Counted from the stretch's first letter, positions 27,271-37,697 are shown. The stretch: 64,000 nucleotides of DNA from an uncultured Gammaproteobacteria bacterium (GCA_964599455.1 CAZREA010000001.1:269183-333182), one strand, 5' to 3'. The notes: generated by a model not told the origin, from the sequence alone. Made by a program: numbers and translations.

Positions 27271-29228
27271 ATATCTTTTAGTGAATGATCGTTTTGCAAC
27301 GGTGTTGCATTTGGGATGGTGGGATGCGGAAGCGAAGCTAAAGGATTCACCATCAATGGTGAAGACGATCCACTCATTGCACTTCCTGGCTTCTTTTTGC
27401 GGCGACGTTTACGTTTTTTCTTCGCTCCATCATCAACATGATTGTTTTCTGTACGCTCAGAACTAAAAGAAAGATCGTCACGCTCTTGCTGATGATTGTA
27501 TTCAACAGTTGATGACGTGGATGGTATTTGTGTCGACCGAGGTTCGGATTGCAATGCCGATAACGGCGCCGAGGCTGCAACTGGTCTTTCAATTATTGCC
27601 CCATCGGACACTTTTGCCGGAGCAAAAATAACCGGTCCTTTTTGTACTTTACGCATGTCCGCTTTTTCTTTTGCCTTTTGGCGTTCGGCATCAACGATAG
27701 GCTTGCATTCTTCACAATAAATCGGACGCGAACGATCGAGTTCAACCGGCAATAAGAATTTTTTGCCACATCGCGTACAGTCGTATTCGTGACTGTAACG
27801 CAACTTCTTGGCTTCTTTTTTCGCATCACGCACTTCGGCAAGTTTTTCTTCAACATTCACATCATCACCAAAACCACTCCACGTTACCACATGGTCTTCA
27901 ATCATCTTGCGATTGCCGCCGTAACGCTCACGTGATTGTTCAATAACTTTTTGCGCACTGAAAGTTCGCTGTGCAATGGGAGGTAAAGTAGTAGCGGAAA
28001 ATGGTTGACTCGTCACGCCATCAATCATGAGTTTGACGTAGATACCAATTTTTGGCAGCTCAATAAGATCCTGAGCCGTAAAGCGGGGCATGAATTCAGG
28101 TTCAAGGAAAAGACTATCCGGCGAACCCACACGAAAAGTGATCATGGTACCCACGTTACCGAACACCGCATCGCGCACTTCTTCGGACAGCTGGGCAATG
28201 TATTGATGCGCCAAAATAAGATTCAATCGATATTTACGCGCCTCAGACAAAATCGTCGCAAATGATTCAACGGCAAAGTTTTGAAATTCATCAACGTACA
28301 AGTAAAAATCTTTGCGATCTTTTTCGGGCATGTCGACCCGTTCCATGGCAGAAATCTGCACCTTGGTAATGAGCATGCCGCCCAACAAGCGCATCGCTTC
28401 GTCACCATTTCGTCCCTTTGATAAGTTCACAATAAAAATCTTTTCATTGTCCATGATGTCGCGCAAATTCAAAGAACTTTTTGCCTGCGCAACAATATTG
28501 CGTATAACCGCCGATGAAATAAATTGTCCGACTTTATTTTGAATTGGCGCTACAGCTTCTGAGGCGAACTTTGAATCGTAGGCTGCAAACTCTTGCACCC
28601 AAAATTGCTTCACGATCGGATCTTTGATGTTTTTAATGATCTCGAGACGATAATCCTTGTCCGACAACATGCGATTGATACCAAGAAGTGTGGAGCCAGG
28701 CGTATCGAGTAATGCCTTCACGGTGTTATTGAGAATATATTCCATGCGCGCGCTCCACACATTTTCCCAAATCTTTTTAAAGACCGACAACAATGATGAT
28801 GCAATACGTTCTTTTTCTTCCGTAAGTAAATCAACCGGCAAATCATGATTTACCTCAAGAACGTTGAAGGCGATCGGATTATCAAAATCAGCAGGATTGA
28901 AATAGACAACATCATTAATGCGCCACGAAGGAATGAAGTCAATCAATTTTTCGGCCGTGTCACCGTGCGGATCAATATAACAGCAGCCGTGCCCCGCATA
29001 GACGTCCGACAAAAACATGTTCTCCATGAGCGTGGTTTTGCCCATACCCGTCTTACCGATAATGTACATGTGGCGACGGCGATCATCGGTTTTGATGCCA
29101 AACTTGCGCATGGCATTGCGAAAATTTGTTTGGGCAAAATGCGTAACATGCTGCTCATGATCATACTGAAACGAACCATCTCCTGATGGTTTTGTGGGCT
29201 TTACTGCATCGTCATGGACATCGTGCAT
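27267..29228 (-). CDS. FtsK/HerA/TraG-superfamily P-loop ATPase, T4SS coupling-protein-like (TraG/VirD4/TraD family), soluble, with C-terminal zinc ribbon and basic S/T-rich tail
   Basis: YIIGKTGMGKTTLMENM (Walker A). YLYVDEFQNFAVESF (Walker B D-E). ARKYRLNLILAHQYIAQL matches the TraG-D_C-like sensor. YDCTRCGKKF...YCEECKP ribbon. KKKRKRRRKKK tail. No TM segments. Confidence 0.55.
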   Translation of the reverse strand: MHDVHDDAVKPTKPSGDGSFQYDHEQHVTHFAQTNFRNAMRKFGIKTDDRRRHMYIIGKTGMGKTTLMENMFLSDVYAGHGCCYIDPHGDTAEKLIDFIPSWRINDVVYFNPADFDNPIAFNVLEVNHDLPVDLLTEEKERIASSLLSVFKKIWENVWSARMEYILNNTVKALLDTPGSTLLGINRMLSDKDYRLEIIKNIKDPIVKQFWVQEFAAYDSKFASEAVAPIQNKVGQFISSAVIRNIVAQAKSSLNLRDIMDNEKIFIVNLSKGRNGDEAMRLLGGMLITKVQISAMERVDMPEKDRKDFYLYVDEFQNFAVESFATILSEARKYRLNLILAHQYIAQLSEEVRDAVFGNVGTMITFRVGSPDSLFLEPEFMPRFTAQDLIELPKIGIYVKLMIDGVTSQPFSATTLPPIAQRTFSAQKVIEQSRERYGGNRKMIEDHVVTWSGFGDDVNVEEKLAEVRDAKKEAKKLRYSHEYDCTRCGKKFLLPVELDRSRPIYCEECKPIVDAERQKAKEKADMRKVQKGPVIFAPAKVSDGAIIERPVAASAPLSALQSEPRSTQIPSTSSTVEYNHQQERDDLSFSSERTENNHVDDGAKKKRKRRRKKKPGSAMSGSSSPLMVNPLASLPHPTIPNATPLQNDHSLKDI

Positions 29229-29237
29229 AGCAGAAAA

Positions 29238-30827
29238 CTAAAAAGGGAGATTCTCGGGAGGTTCAGCGGGATCGGTAGATGGATGCGTAGGAGTCGGGGT
29301 CGTCGGCGAGACCGCTGCATGCTCGACTGCCGCAGATCGCGGCCAAAGACCATCCGCAGTCGGCTGTTGCACCATCGATCCTGCGTGATGACCTCCCATG
29401 GCCGGATTTTCATAGGTATTGACGGCGGTACCACGACGATCTAAATACACTCGCTTCCAATCATCAGTCGATGGTTCGCGACTTTCTTCGCCCATAGGAG
29501 CCAAAGGTGCCGAAGGTAATTGAAAAGGCGCTTCAGCACGTCGTGCGCCCATAGCCGTGAGCACCGGCGTTCGCGCGTCAGCCGAGGGGAAGTGAAAAAT
29601 CGTTGCCAATTCTTCTGCATTCAAAATACAGGGATTCGCACCCGCGCCAAACGAACGCGATGCATAGCGCTGTGCAAGAATCGATTGTTTTTTAGCGTAT
29701 GTCCATTCCTGATAAAAATAATCATTCTTTGGCACCGATGGACCATGCGTGGAAAGTTGGTTTAGTAGCGGATTAGTAAAAGGCTGGAATGCACCCTTCA
29801 TGCCAGCAGCAAAAATACCCTTGCGGAACTTTCCTTTTGGCCCAACCCCAATCCAACGAATCTTCGCTTTCCATCCCACTTTTGAAACCTTTTCAGCAAC
29901 GGCATCAATCTGTTTTTTATCAGCTGGTGTGAGCTTGAACATGCGAAAATCATCGCTCTTTTTGGTATCGGCTTTTTCGGCCCCACCACCACTACCCATC
30001 AACTGCTGCGCGACACCTACCGGAAACCACATAATGCCCTCCATCATGGCATCAAGGCCGCTTTTTTTAGGAGCTTTGGTTTCCTTGCCCATAATGGCCG
30101 CCAAAAAGGCGAGTCCATCTTTAATCCAGCCATCATCAGAAGGTGGTTTGATGATCAGCTGTATCCACAAATGCTCGCCCGGTTGCATTTTACCCATCAG
30201 CTCTAAAATCGGCAGGAGCGGGTCTTTGAACCGATTTTCTTTTTCGCCCATGTGTTCAAAATCTTCGAATGTGCGAATAGGCAAATAATCAGGTTTGCCA
30301 AGCACAATCTCGCCACCAAATAATTCCTGATCGTCATTCGGATATCGCTTGGCTACCAAGCCTGTATAATCAGGGACTTCGGTAATTTGCGCTTCCGGAT
30401 ACTGTGCGTACAAATCAGCCTCGATCAAATCACGATATTTATCCTGCGTACGAATAACAAAAGAAATATCCCCACCATTACTGATAATTTCAAACGAAAA
30501 ACGTGCCTGATCTTTCCCCAACAACCAAATTTCTTTCCAGGTTAAACCACTTTTAGCGCCAGCCATGTTGGAAAAAAAGTTTTCCATACCTTTTGGCGTT
30601 TGAATGCTTGTTTGCGGCACGCGGACTTCGAGATTAATCCAATGCAAATGATGCTCGTATTGCTCCATTTTGTAGTCGAGCCACAAGTGGGAGAATCCCC
30701 AAACGATAATAGCCAAAATAGGCAGCGGTCCAATAATCAGGAGCACATAGGCCAGCAATGTATCGGGAGGAATGGTATCTAAAAACCGTGTTACTTCCGG
30801 AGGAATGTTGAGCACGATGGCAAGCAT
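29238..30827 (-). CDS. Membrane-anchored protein of unknown function, co-operonic with the ATPase (10-nt spacing)
   Basis: N-terminal TM LLAYVLLIIGPLPILAIIVWGF followed by a large ~480-aa domain. No motif recognised. Confidence 0.45.
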   Translation of the reverse strand: MLAIVLNIPPEVTRFLDTIPPDTLLAYVLLIIGPLPILAIIVWGFSHLWLDYKMEQYEHHLHWINLEVRVPQTSIQTPKGMENFFSNMAGAKSGLTWKEIWLLGKDQARFSFEIISNGGDISFVIRTQDKYRDLIEADLYAQYPEAQITEVPDYTGLVAKRYPNDDQELFGGEIVLGKPDYLPIRTFEDFEHMGEKENRFKDPLLPILELMGKMQPGEHLWIQLIIKPPSDDGWIKDGLAFLAAIMGKETKAPKKSGLDAMMEGIMWFPVGVAQQLMGSGGGAEKADTKKSDDFRMFKLTPADKKQIDAVAEKVSKVGWKAKIRWIGVGPKGKFRKGIFAAGMKGAFQPFTNPLLNQLSTHGPSVPKNDYFYQEWTYAKKQSILAQRYASRSFGAGANPCILNAEELATIFHFPSADARTPVLTAMGARRAEAPFQLPSAPLAPMGEESREPSTDDWKRVYLDRRGTAVNTYENPAMGGHHAGSMVQQPTADGLWPRSAAVEHAAVSPTTPTPTHPSTDPAEPPENLPF

Positions 30828-30847
30828 ATCGCTTCATAGCATAGCAT

Positions 30848-30889
30848 AAAACAGAAAAATCGATCCGAGGTTATTAAGGATCGATTTTC
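30848..30889 (-). terminator. Rho-independent terminator downstream of secF
   Basis: aatcgatccgaggttattaaggatcgatt hairpin, then TTTTTCTGTTTT on the minus strand. Confidence 0.55.
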
Positions 30890-30908
30890 ATGCTTCGGAT
30901 TTTGCATT

Positions 30909-31808
30909 TTACTTCTTTTTCGCACTCCACTCATGCCACAACACCAACAATGGACTTGCCAAGAAAATGGAAGAAAAAGCTCCGGCTAAAATACCAATGA
31001 TAAGCGCCAACACAAACGGTCGTGTCGTCTCACCACCCACGATAAAGATCGCCAACAACGGAAGCAGTGTCGCGATCGTGGTATTAAATGAACGATTTAA
31101 CGTTTCATTTACACTTGCATTGACGATGGCACGAAAATCTTGAGAGTCCCGATGACGCAAGAGGTTTTCACGCGTACGATCAAAAACGACGATCGTATCG
31201 TTAATGGAGTACCCGAGAATGGTCAGAATTGCAGCCACAAATGACGTATCAACTTGATAACCCCACACATGTCCCAGAATGGCAAAAATGCCAAGCGGAA
31301 TAATAACGTCATGAAATGAAGCAATAAGAGTCGCGATACCGTACTTCCAAGAAGGCACGGGTTCGGAAACCTTGCGGAAAGCCCAGGCAACGTACAAACC
31401 GATCAAGGCCAATAAGATGATGATAGCAAAGACAGTTGCGCGCTTGAGTTCAGCACCCACGGTTGGTCCAACCGCCGTAAATTGCGTCTCAGTTACATCA
31501 GGATACGCCGTCTGCAAAGTGCCAATGATCCGCTGATGCTCTTCTTCAGAAACAACTGGCAAACGAATAAGATAGGCGTCGCCTTCACCTTTTTGCACAG
31601 TCGCTTCGAATCCGCTTTCGGCAACATGCGCACGCAACTCTTCGGTACTCTGTGCGGAACTCGTACGTACTTCAACCAAACTTCCACCACTAAAATCAAT
31701 ACTCCACTGCAATCCAAGGGTCCCGAGCGCAATCAACGATGCGGCAATCAACGTGAGAGAAAGTCCCAGCCACCAACCACTATAACGAAGGATAGGTAAA
31801 GTTTTCAT
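30909..31808 (-). CDS. secF: Protein translocase subunit SecF
   Basis: 299 aa with SecF topology and motifs (DFSGGS..., 6 TM). Confidence 0.9.
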   Translation of the reverse strand: MKTLPILRYSGWWLGLSLTLIAASLIALGTLGLQWSIDFSGGSLVEVRTSSAQSTEELRAHVAESGFEATVQKGEGDAYLIRLPVVSEEEHQRIIGTLQTAYPDVTETQFTAVGPTVGAELKRATVFAIIILLALIGLYVAWAFRKVSEPVPSWKYGIATLIASFHDVIIPLGIFAILGHVWGYQVDTSFVAAILTILGYSINDTIVVFDRTRENLLRHRDSQDFRAIVNASVNETLNRSFNTTIATLLPLLAIFIVGGETTRPFVLALIIGILAGAFSSIFLASPLLVLWHEWSAKKK

Positions 31809-31813
31809 AGAGA

Positions 31814-33847
31814 TTAGAGGCCAAGAAAGAAGAGGCGTGAACGAATGCGTTTCACCGGCGCGAGTAAGAACAAAATGCTGCGGGTGATTTTAAAGGTGGT
31901 GAAGATAGAAAGCAGCACACCAATACTGAGTGTTAACGCAAAGCCACGAATAAAGCCCGTGCTCATGCTATACAACACCGCCGTCGCAATCAGCGTGGTG
32001 AAATTTCCATCACGAATAGACGGCCAGGCACGACGGAAGGCTTCATCGAGTGCCGTGGGCAAATCTCGTCCAGCACGAAGCTCTTCTTTCAACCGCTCAA
32101 ACACCAACACATTTGCATCAACGGCAATGCCAAGCGACAAGATAAAGCCCGCAATACCCGACAAGGTCATGGTGACACCAAAAATCTTATAGAGCACAAT
32201 GTTGAGTCCTGCATACATCGCCAACGCAATCACCGCTACCAAACCGGCCAGGCGATAATAGGCGATCATGAAAACGGCAATCAGCGCAAAACCTACAAGT
32301 CCAGCCATCACACTTTGATCAAGTGATTCCTGACCGAGTGTTGGTCCAATCGTTTGCTGAGAAAGCAGATTGATAGGAACTGGCAATGCACCGGCATTCA
32401 AACGCTGCGCCAAAAGCTTTGCATCTTGTGGAGTAAAATCACCGGTAATACTTGCCTGACCACCATAAATTGCCTGCTGTACCACAGGAGTAGTGATCGG
32501 CTCACTGTCTAGGAAGATTCCAATCACATTGCCCACATTTGCCGCAGTGAGGTCGGCAAAAAGCTGGGCACCTTCATCGTTAAACGTTAGAGCAACATAC
32601 GGCTGGCCAGTGGTCGGATCAAATGCAACTGCTGCGGTCTTAATATGTTTTCCGGAAAGCTCCGTATTTTCCCACGGGTCGATCGATACGACATCAGATA
32701 CCGTTGTCCAGGGCATTTCGATGTGGGAAATTTCGTAGGCCTTGATCGTTTTACTATCTTGGCGATAGATGAGGTGATAACCAAAATCCGTTTCAACGAC
32801 TTCAGAAATACGACCGTCACGTAGTGCAAAAAGCGCATCATTGAATGACTGCACCATATCGCCTTCATTTACCCATCCCAAATCCCCACCCACATCTTTA
32901 CTGCCCGGATCATCAGAATGCTCTTTGGCAAGATCAACAAAATTTGCTGTTGTGGCTTCGATCTTTAATGAGTCAATGAGCGCACGCGCCTCATCACGAC
33001 TACGGTCTTGCGTACAGCCCTTGGCTCCCATGTAACAAATAAGAATATGAGAAGACTGCACCTGTGTACGATTTTCTGAGCTCACATAATTCACAATGTG
33101 CATGCGTGAGGTACCTTCGTACAATCCATCAATCACGCCGGTACGCAAACGATCTGCAGCAATACGATCTGCTAAACCTCCATACTCTTCATCTTCCGAG
33201 GTCACGAAACCGACGTAGCCATTGGCGTCTTTGGTCAGTGTATCAATGGAATACTGTTTGGCGAGAGCACTAAAATCGGCATTCTTTTGCAAGGCCTCGT
33301 CAAGAACTTTCAAAGCAGCTTCGCGTTCATTCTTTTGCGCTTCGTCAACTTTTGCTTGATCATCAATAGTTGGCTCAGCCGTAACATTCTCTTTGGGAAT
33401 TTTGAATTCAAGAACAGGAGTTTCACCAATTTGCGCCACCGCATCGGTTACATTGGTCAGTCCAGGAAGATCGACGATCACGCGATATCCGTTCGTCGAA
33501 TTCGTTGCTTGCACGTATGCCTCAGAAACACCAAAAGCATTCACACGGCGCTCAATGACGTCGCGTACGCCTTCGAGTGCCTGCGATCGATCAGTTTCGG
33601 TAATATTGCCCATGTCGGCCTCATACACCAAATGGGCTCCGCCTTGCAGATCAAGACCGAGTCGCAGACCTTCATCAGGAATATACGGGAAATGAAAACC
33701 AACACGCTCATCAAGCCATTGCATGGCTGCATTATATGGCCCAGGAACACTTCCTACGCCCGCAAAAAGAAAGATGACAAGTAACCCCACCGCTGTCCAC
33801 TTGGCCCGGCGGCGACCAGCCGCAGCCTGCTGCACATACTTATTCAT
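31814..33847 (-). CDS. secD: Protein translocase subunit SecD with an embedded PpiC-type (parvulin) PPIase domain
   Basis: SecD periplasmic and TM domains. Internal ...DVGGDLGWVNEGDMVQSFNDALFALRDGRISEVVETDFGYHLI... parvulin domain. Start MNKYVQQ at 33847; the longest ORF runs to 33946. Confidence 0.8.
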   Translation of the reverse strand: MNKYVQQAAAGRRRAKWTAVGLLVIFLFAGVGSVPGPYNAAMQWLDERVGFHFPYIPDEGLRLGLDLQGGAHLVYEADMGNITETDRSQALEGVRDVIERRVNAFGVSEAYVQATNSTNGYRVIVDLPGLTNVTDAVAQIGETPVLEFKIPKENVTAEPTIDDQAKVDEAQKNEREAALKVLDEALQKNADFSALAKQYSIDTLTKDANGYVGFVTSEDEEYGGLADRIAADRLRTGVIDGLYEGTSRMHIVNYVSSENRTQVQSSHILICYMGAKGCTQDRSRDEARALIDSLKIEATTANFVDLAKEHSDDPGSKDVGGDLGWVNEGDMVQSFNDALFALRDGRISEVVETDFGYHLIYRQDSKTIKAYEISHIEMPWTTVSDVVSIDPWENTELSGKHIKTAAVAFDPTTGQPYVALTFNDEGAQLFADLTAANVGNVIGIFLDSEPITTPVVQQAIYGGQASITGDFTPQDAKLLAQRLNAGALPVPINLLSQQTIGPTLGQESLDQSVMAGLVGFALIAVFMIAYYRLAGLVAVIALAMYAGLNIVLYKIFGVTMTLSGIAGFILSLGIAVDANVLVFERLKEELRAGRDLPTALDEAFRRAWPSIRDGNFTTLIATAVLYSMSTGFIRGFALTLSIGVLLSIFTTFKITRSILFLLAPVKRIRSRLFFLGL

Positions 33848-33920
33848 AGTTGGAGGGATAGTAGCAGAGGAAAGAAAGACGGGTAAAGAGGAATCAGGGG
33901 ATGAAGAGAGAAAATTTGTT

Positions 33921-34349
33921 TTATGTTGGCGAGATATGCGCATCAATCGTCACATTTACCAAAGCATCTGCTTCTTTATTTGCCTCGCGACGAACATGGG
34001 TGAATGTTACTTGGCGAAAGTGTTGCCGCAGATCGTGTACCTCAATAAATCTCTTGGCGATTTCTGGATTCTTCACCTTATACTGTCCATTCAATTGACG
34101 CACGGCGAGTTCCGAATCCATGCGCATGTCAACGACGTCGTATCCGAGTTCATGTGCTTTTTTTAAGCCCTCGATAATACCGGTGTATTCCGCTTGATTA
34201 TTGGTGGTTGCACCAAGATAACGTGCAGCTTCGGCAATTTGCTCGCCGCGCGATCCGTCTTTGCGTTTCTCGAATAATACCGCCGCGCCAGCTGCAGGTC
34301 CGGGATTACCCCGCGATCCACCGTCTGTATAGATGATGCAAGTTTTCAT
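33921..34349 (-). CDS. rnhA: Ribonuclease HI
   Basis: MKTCIIYTDGGSRGNPGPAAGAAVL and other RNase H motifs. 142 aa. Confidence 0.85.
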   Translation of the reverse strand: MKTCIIYTDGGSRGNPGPAAGAAVLFEKRKDGSRGEQIAEAARYLGATTNNQAEYTGIIEGLKKAHELGYDVVDMRMDSELAVRQLNGQYKVKNPEIAKRFIEVHDLRQHFRQVTFTHVRREANKEADALVNVTIDAHISPT

Positions 34350-36070
34350 ATATGTGCAGATCGTATATCAACAATACGACATTGTACCTCTCTTTTACCA
34401 TTCCATTCATTAAGAGAAATTTCATAGGCAATGTCCAGTTTTTCCCCTATGCGCAGTACGCCAAGTTTATTCCCAAAACCAAAACCGACAAAACGATAAC
34501 TCTTTCCCTCGCCATCCTCAACACGCAAACGCAAGTGAGAACCTGTTGATCCCATAGCTGAGGTTTCAACAACGGTCATCTGTGTGGCCGCAAAAATAGG
34601 CGGTCGGTTCCCTTCGCCAAATGGTGCGCATCGTTGAATTTCCGCGCACAATGCAAATGATGCTTCGGCAGGATGCAGCTCGGTATCAATGTGTAAAAGA
34701 TCGCGAACGCCTTCGTCGCCATAAAACTTTTCTGCAAATATATTCGCGCGTTCGCGAAAATGCGATACTTCAGCTTCTGTGTGCAAAGTTAATCCACATG
34801 CCTGCGGATGTCCGCCACGCTTTACATACAATTCATCACCACATGCATTCATCAGTTCAACTAAATGGAGTCCGCCCAGACTTCGCCCCGAACCAACCAC
34901 ATGCTCGCCAACTTTCGTAAACGCAAATGCTGGACGGCCAAAATCGCTCACCAATCTACCCGCAATTAATCCCACAATACCCGGCAACCAATGCGATGCA
35001 TATACCGAAAGCACGGGTCCAAGTGCAAGCATTTCTTTCACTTGTACGACCGCTTCTTCATACGCAGCCGTAAACACCGATTGCCGCTGACGATTCAATT
35101 GTTCGAGCGTTAATGCTGCTTCTTGTGCTTCGATAACGGTTGTCGCCGACAACGCACGAAATGCCGCTTGCGCAGAAGTCATGCGCCCAGCCGCATTCAA
35201 ACGCGGACCAATACGAAAACCAATAGTTTGGGTATCGATATCGGCAAAATTTGTTCCAGTCGCTTCAATGATTGCTCGCAATCCCGGTCGGCGGGTTTTT
35301 TGCAGCACACGCAAACCGTAATACTCCAGCACCCGATTCTCCCCGATCAATGGCATGACATCAGTAACGGTTGCAATGGCAACCAGATCAAGAAACCATT
35401 TTTCGTAGCCTTCAGGAAAATGTGCACCACGCTTTTGTGCTTCGTGAATAAGTGCTGACGCAAACTTAAAAGAGACTCCGGTTCCGCATAACGTTTTGTT
35501 AGGATACGTTTCACCAGGAGCCAGGGGATGCAGAATAATTGCCTGTTCGGGAAAATGTTGGCCAAGTTGATGATGATCGCACACAATCACGTCCATACCC
35601 AACTCGTGCGCGCGACCAAGTTCAAGACCATTGGCAATACCGCAATCAATGGTTACCAGGAGCTTTATCCCTTCTTGGCCAAAGCGTTCGATAGTGTGCA
35701 TCGATACACCGTACCCATCATGCTCGCGATCGGGCAAAAAAACCTCAAGCTGTATGGGAAAGGACAATGCTTTGGCGATATCGTGAAGCGCTCCATGCAA
35801 AAGTGTCGAGCCACTCACGCCATCAGCATCGTAATCACCATGAATGACAATGTGCTCTCCCTGTTCGAGGGCTTGGAACATACGGTTCACTGCCTGTTCC
35901 ATTTTTGTGAATAGATAAGGGCTATGCATGCCCTCTTGCCAATTGGGAAAAAGAAAATCTTGTTGTTTATCAATCGACAATCCTCGATTATGCAAAAGCT
36001 GTGCCACGAGATCATCGTGCACACGCGGCGCAATATGCCAAATTTTATTTGTTAATTCCTCCGTCTTCAC
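34346..36070 (-). CDS. recJ: Single-stranded-DNA-specific exonuclease RecJ
   Basis: DHH family with HIVIHGDYDADGVSGSTLL, DHH and GGHPQACG motifs. 574 aa. Confidence 0.85.
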   Translation of the reverse strand: MKTEELTNKIWHIAPRVHDDLVAQLLHNRGLSIDKQQDFLFPNWQEGMHSPYLFTKMEQAVNRMFQALEQGEHIVIHGDYDADGVSGSTLLHGALHDIAKALSFPIQLEVFLPDREHDGYGVSMHTIERFGQEGIKLLVTIDCGIANGLELGRAHELGMDVIVCDHHQLGQHFPEQAIILHPLAPGETYPNKTLCGTGVSFKFASALIHEAQKRGAHFPEGYEKWFLDLVAIATVTDVMPLIGENRVLEYYGLRVLQKTRRPGLRAIIEATGTNFADIDTQTIGFRIGPRLNAAGRMTSAQAAFRALSATTVIEAQEAALTLEQLNRQRQSVFTAAYEEAVVQVKEMLALGPVLSVYASHWLPGIVGLIAGRLVSDFGRPAFAFTKVGEHVVGSGRSLGGLHLVELMNACGDELYVKRGGHPQACGLTLHTEAEVSHFRERANIFAEKFYGDEGVRDLLHIDTELHPAEASFALCAEIQRCAPFGEGNRPPIFAATQMTVVETSAMGSTGSHLRLRVEDGEGKSYRFVGFGFGNKLGVLRIGEKLDIAYEISLNEWNGKREVQCRIVDIRSAHI

Positions 36071-36265
36071 AGTGCGTGTACCTTACTGGGGAAAGAGGAA
36101 AAGTTGAAGCAAGATATCCAGAAGATCGGAATTCTCCTAGCGGGACGTAGTGGAACGGGTGAGGATATATTCGATGTGCGTTTCTCATGCCCACTGTGCG
36201 AAATGATGTATTTTTGGAGGCTATTAAGATAGAATGGGAAAGATTATTCGATATGGTAGGCAATT

Positions 36266-37069
36266 ATGGGTATTAATTCCACCTCAAGTATTGAAAAAGA
36301 ATTAAAAAATTCTCGGGAGCGTATTTTTTGTGAAAGAAAAGATGTTGCCAGAGAGGCCGAGAATCGCTTAAGGATAGCCTTCGAACGATTGAACATTTCT
36401 TATCCGGACCTTCCTGAAATTGAGGTGAAGTTTGTTGATTCCCCAGATCAACCTGAGCTCGGAAGGACATATGTTGATATGCGCTCCGCTCAGGTGCTCT
36501 TTGATTCACGATTCGCTGCTCAAGCTCAGGAGGATGTGCTCGTGAATAAACTGAGAGAAGGTGGTTTGGAGTATCCCGGAATGATACAGGTACTTACGCA
36601 CGAAGCTGGCCATATTGCATTATGGTCTGTACTCGGAAACGGAAAACGTCCAGCGACACGGCTATTAGATGAAGGTTGGGCGACATTACTTGAAGAGGCC
36701 GGATCGCAAGAGGATTTTGAAGCAACCCTAAAGCAACGAGCTAGAGAAGGATTTTCTTCCGAACCCGAAATTTTTGAACGATGCCTTGATTTCCGAAAAG
36801 TTATTCTTCCAGAAGAAAATCTCAACGGCGTAGAATATATTGTTGGAGCAACTATTTTATTATGGATTCGAGAAACATTTAATAACGAGATCATGCTCAA
36901 TGCACTACGAGCTACGCTAGCTCTTGCAGAGAGAGATGATTCGGTGAAACAAAATAATTCTGACACACAAGATGGGGACGAACGGCTTGAAAATGTTCTT
37001 CGGCAGATCTTCGCCCCCAGGGAAATAGCTGACGTAAAGCGTAGCTATCTTGAATGGTTAAAAAAGTAG
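36266..37069 (+). CDS. Hypothetical protein with HExxH motif (putative zinc metallopeptidase); lower GC than neighbours
   Basis: LTHEAGHIALW. No further family assignment possible by eye. Confidence 0.4.
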   Translation: MGINSTSSIEKELKNSRERIFCERKDVAREAENRLRIAFERLNISYPDLPEIEVKFVDSPDQPELGRTYVDMRSAQVLFDSRFAAQAQEDVLVNKLREGGLEYPGMIQVLTHEAGHIALWSVLGNGKRPATRLLDEGWATLLEEAGSQEDFEATLKQRAREGFSSEPEIFERCLDFRKVILPEENLNGVEYIVGATILLWIRETFNNEIMLNALRATLALAERDDSVKQNNSDTQDGDERLENVLRQIFAPREIADVKRSYLEWLKK

Positions 37070-37081
37070 TACGCCGTACTA

Positions 37082-37116
37082 AATAAAAAATCTCAGCGCG
37101 AGCTGAGATTTTTTTC
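37082..37116. terminator. Bidirectional rho-independent terminator between convergent genes
   Basis: aaataaaaaa-tctcagcgcgagctgaga-tttttttc. Confidence 0.65.
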
Positions 37117-37148
37117 ATGACAGAATGTCGGGTACGAAGTTGGAATCT

Positions 37149-37697
37149 TTATGATACGTTCGGAAAACGCTCAATGCCCTGAGCATACGCTTGGGCAAAA
37201 AGATCATCAAGGAGCGCACTCACTCCTCTACATTCATCGGCCAACAATTTTGCACCTCGTATGTAGTAGTAACATTCTTCCGAGGTCATGCTATCAATCG
37301 GATCAATAGCAAGCCCGCGCACATTCGAAACCTGATCAGCGATTTTTATTCTTCGCACACTTGAACTTTCTTTTCGAAGTCTTTGAGCTTGAAGGAGTTT
37401 TCGCTCTTGGACCGGCAAATCTTTAAAAAAATCATAATCGGTCAAACCTTCCACAATATCCCGCACTTCTTTGCCAAACTCCTTTTCTATATCATCTAAA
37501 CTCACTTCGGTATCTTCCACACTATCGTGAAGCCATGCCGCGATGATTTCATCGTCAGTCCCGCCAGAGATCCACACTAAATCTGCAACTTCTTGTATGT
37601 GATGCATCTGTGGTTTTTTAATCCCGGAAACACAAGCTCCAATGATGTGCGAATGGGCATTGCGAGCAAATTCTTGAGCGCGATTTAATCTAGCCAT
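37149..37697 (-). CDS. HD-domain (p)ppGpp hydrolase-like protein (RelA/SpoT N-terminal HD family, small alarmone hydrolase type)
   Basis: HSHIIGACVSGI...HHIQEVADLV...IIAAWLHDSVEDT matches the SpoT HD signature AALLHDvvEDT. Confidence 0.6.
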   Translation of the reverse strand: MARLNRAQEFARNAHSHIIGACVSGIKKPQMHHIQEVADLVWISGGTDDEIIAAWLHDSVEDTEVSLDDIEKEFGKEVRDIVEGLTDYDFFKDLPVQERKLLQAQRLRKESSSVRRIKIADQVSNVRGLAIDPIDSMTSEECYYYIRGAKLLADECRGVSALLDDLFAQAYAQGIERFPNVS

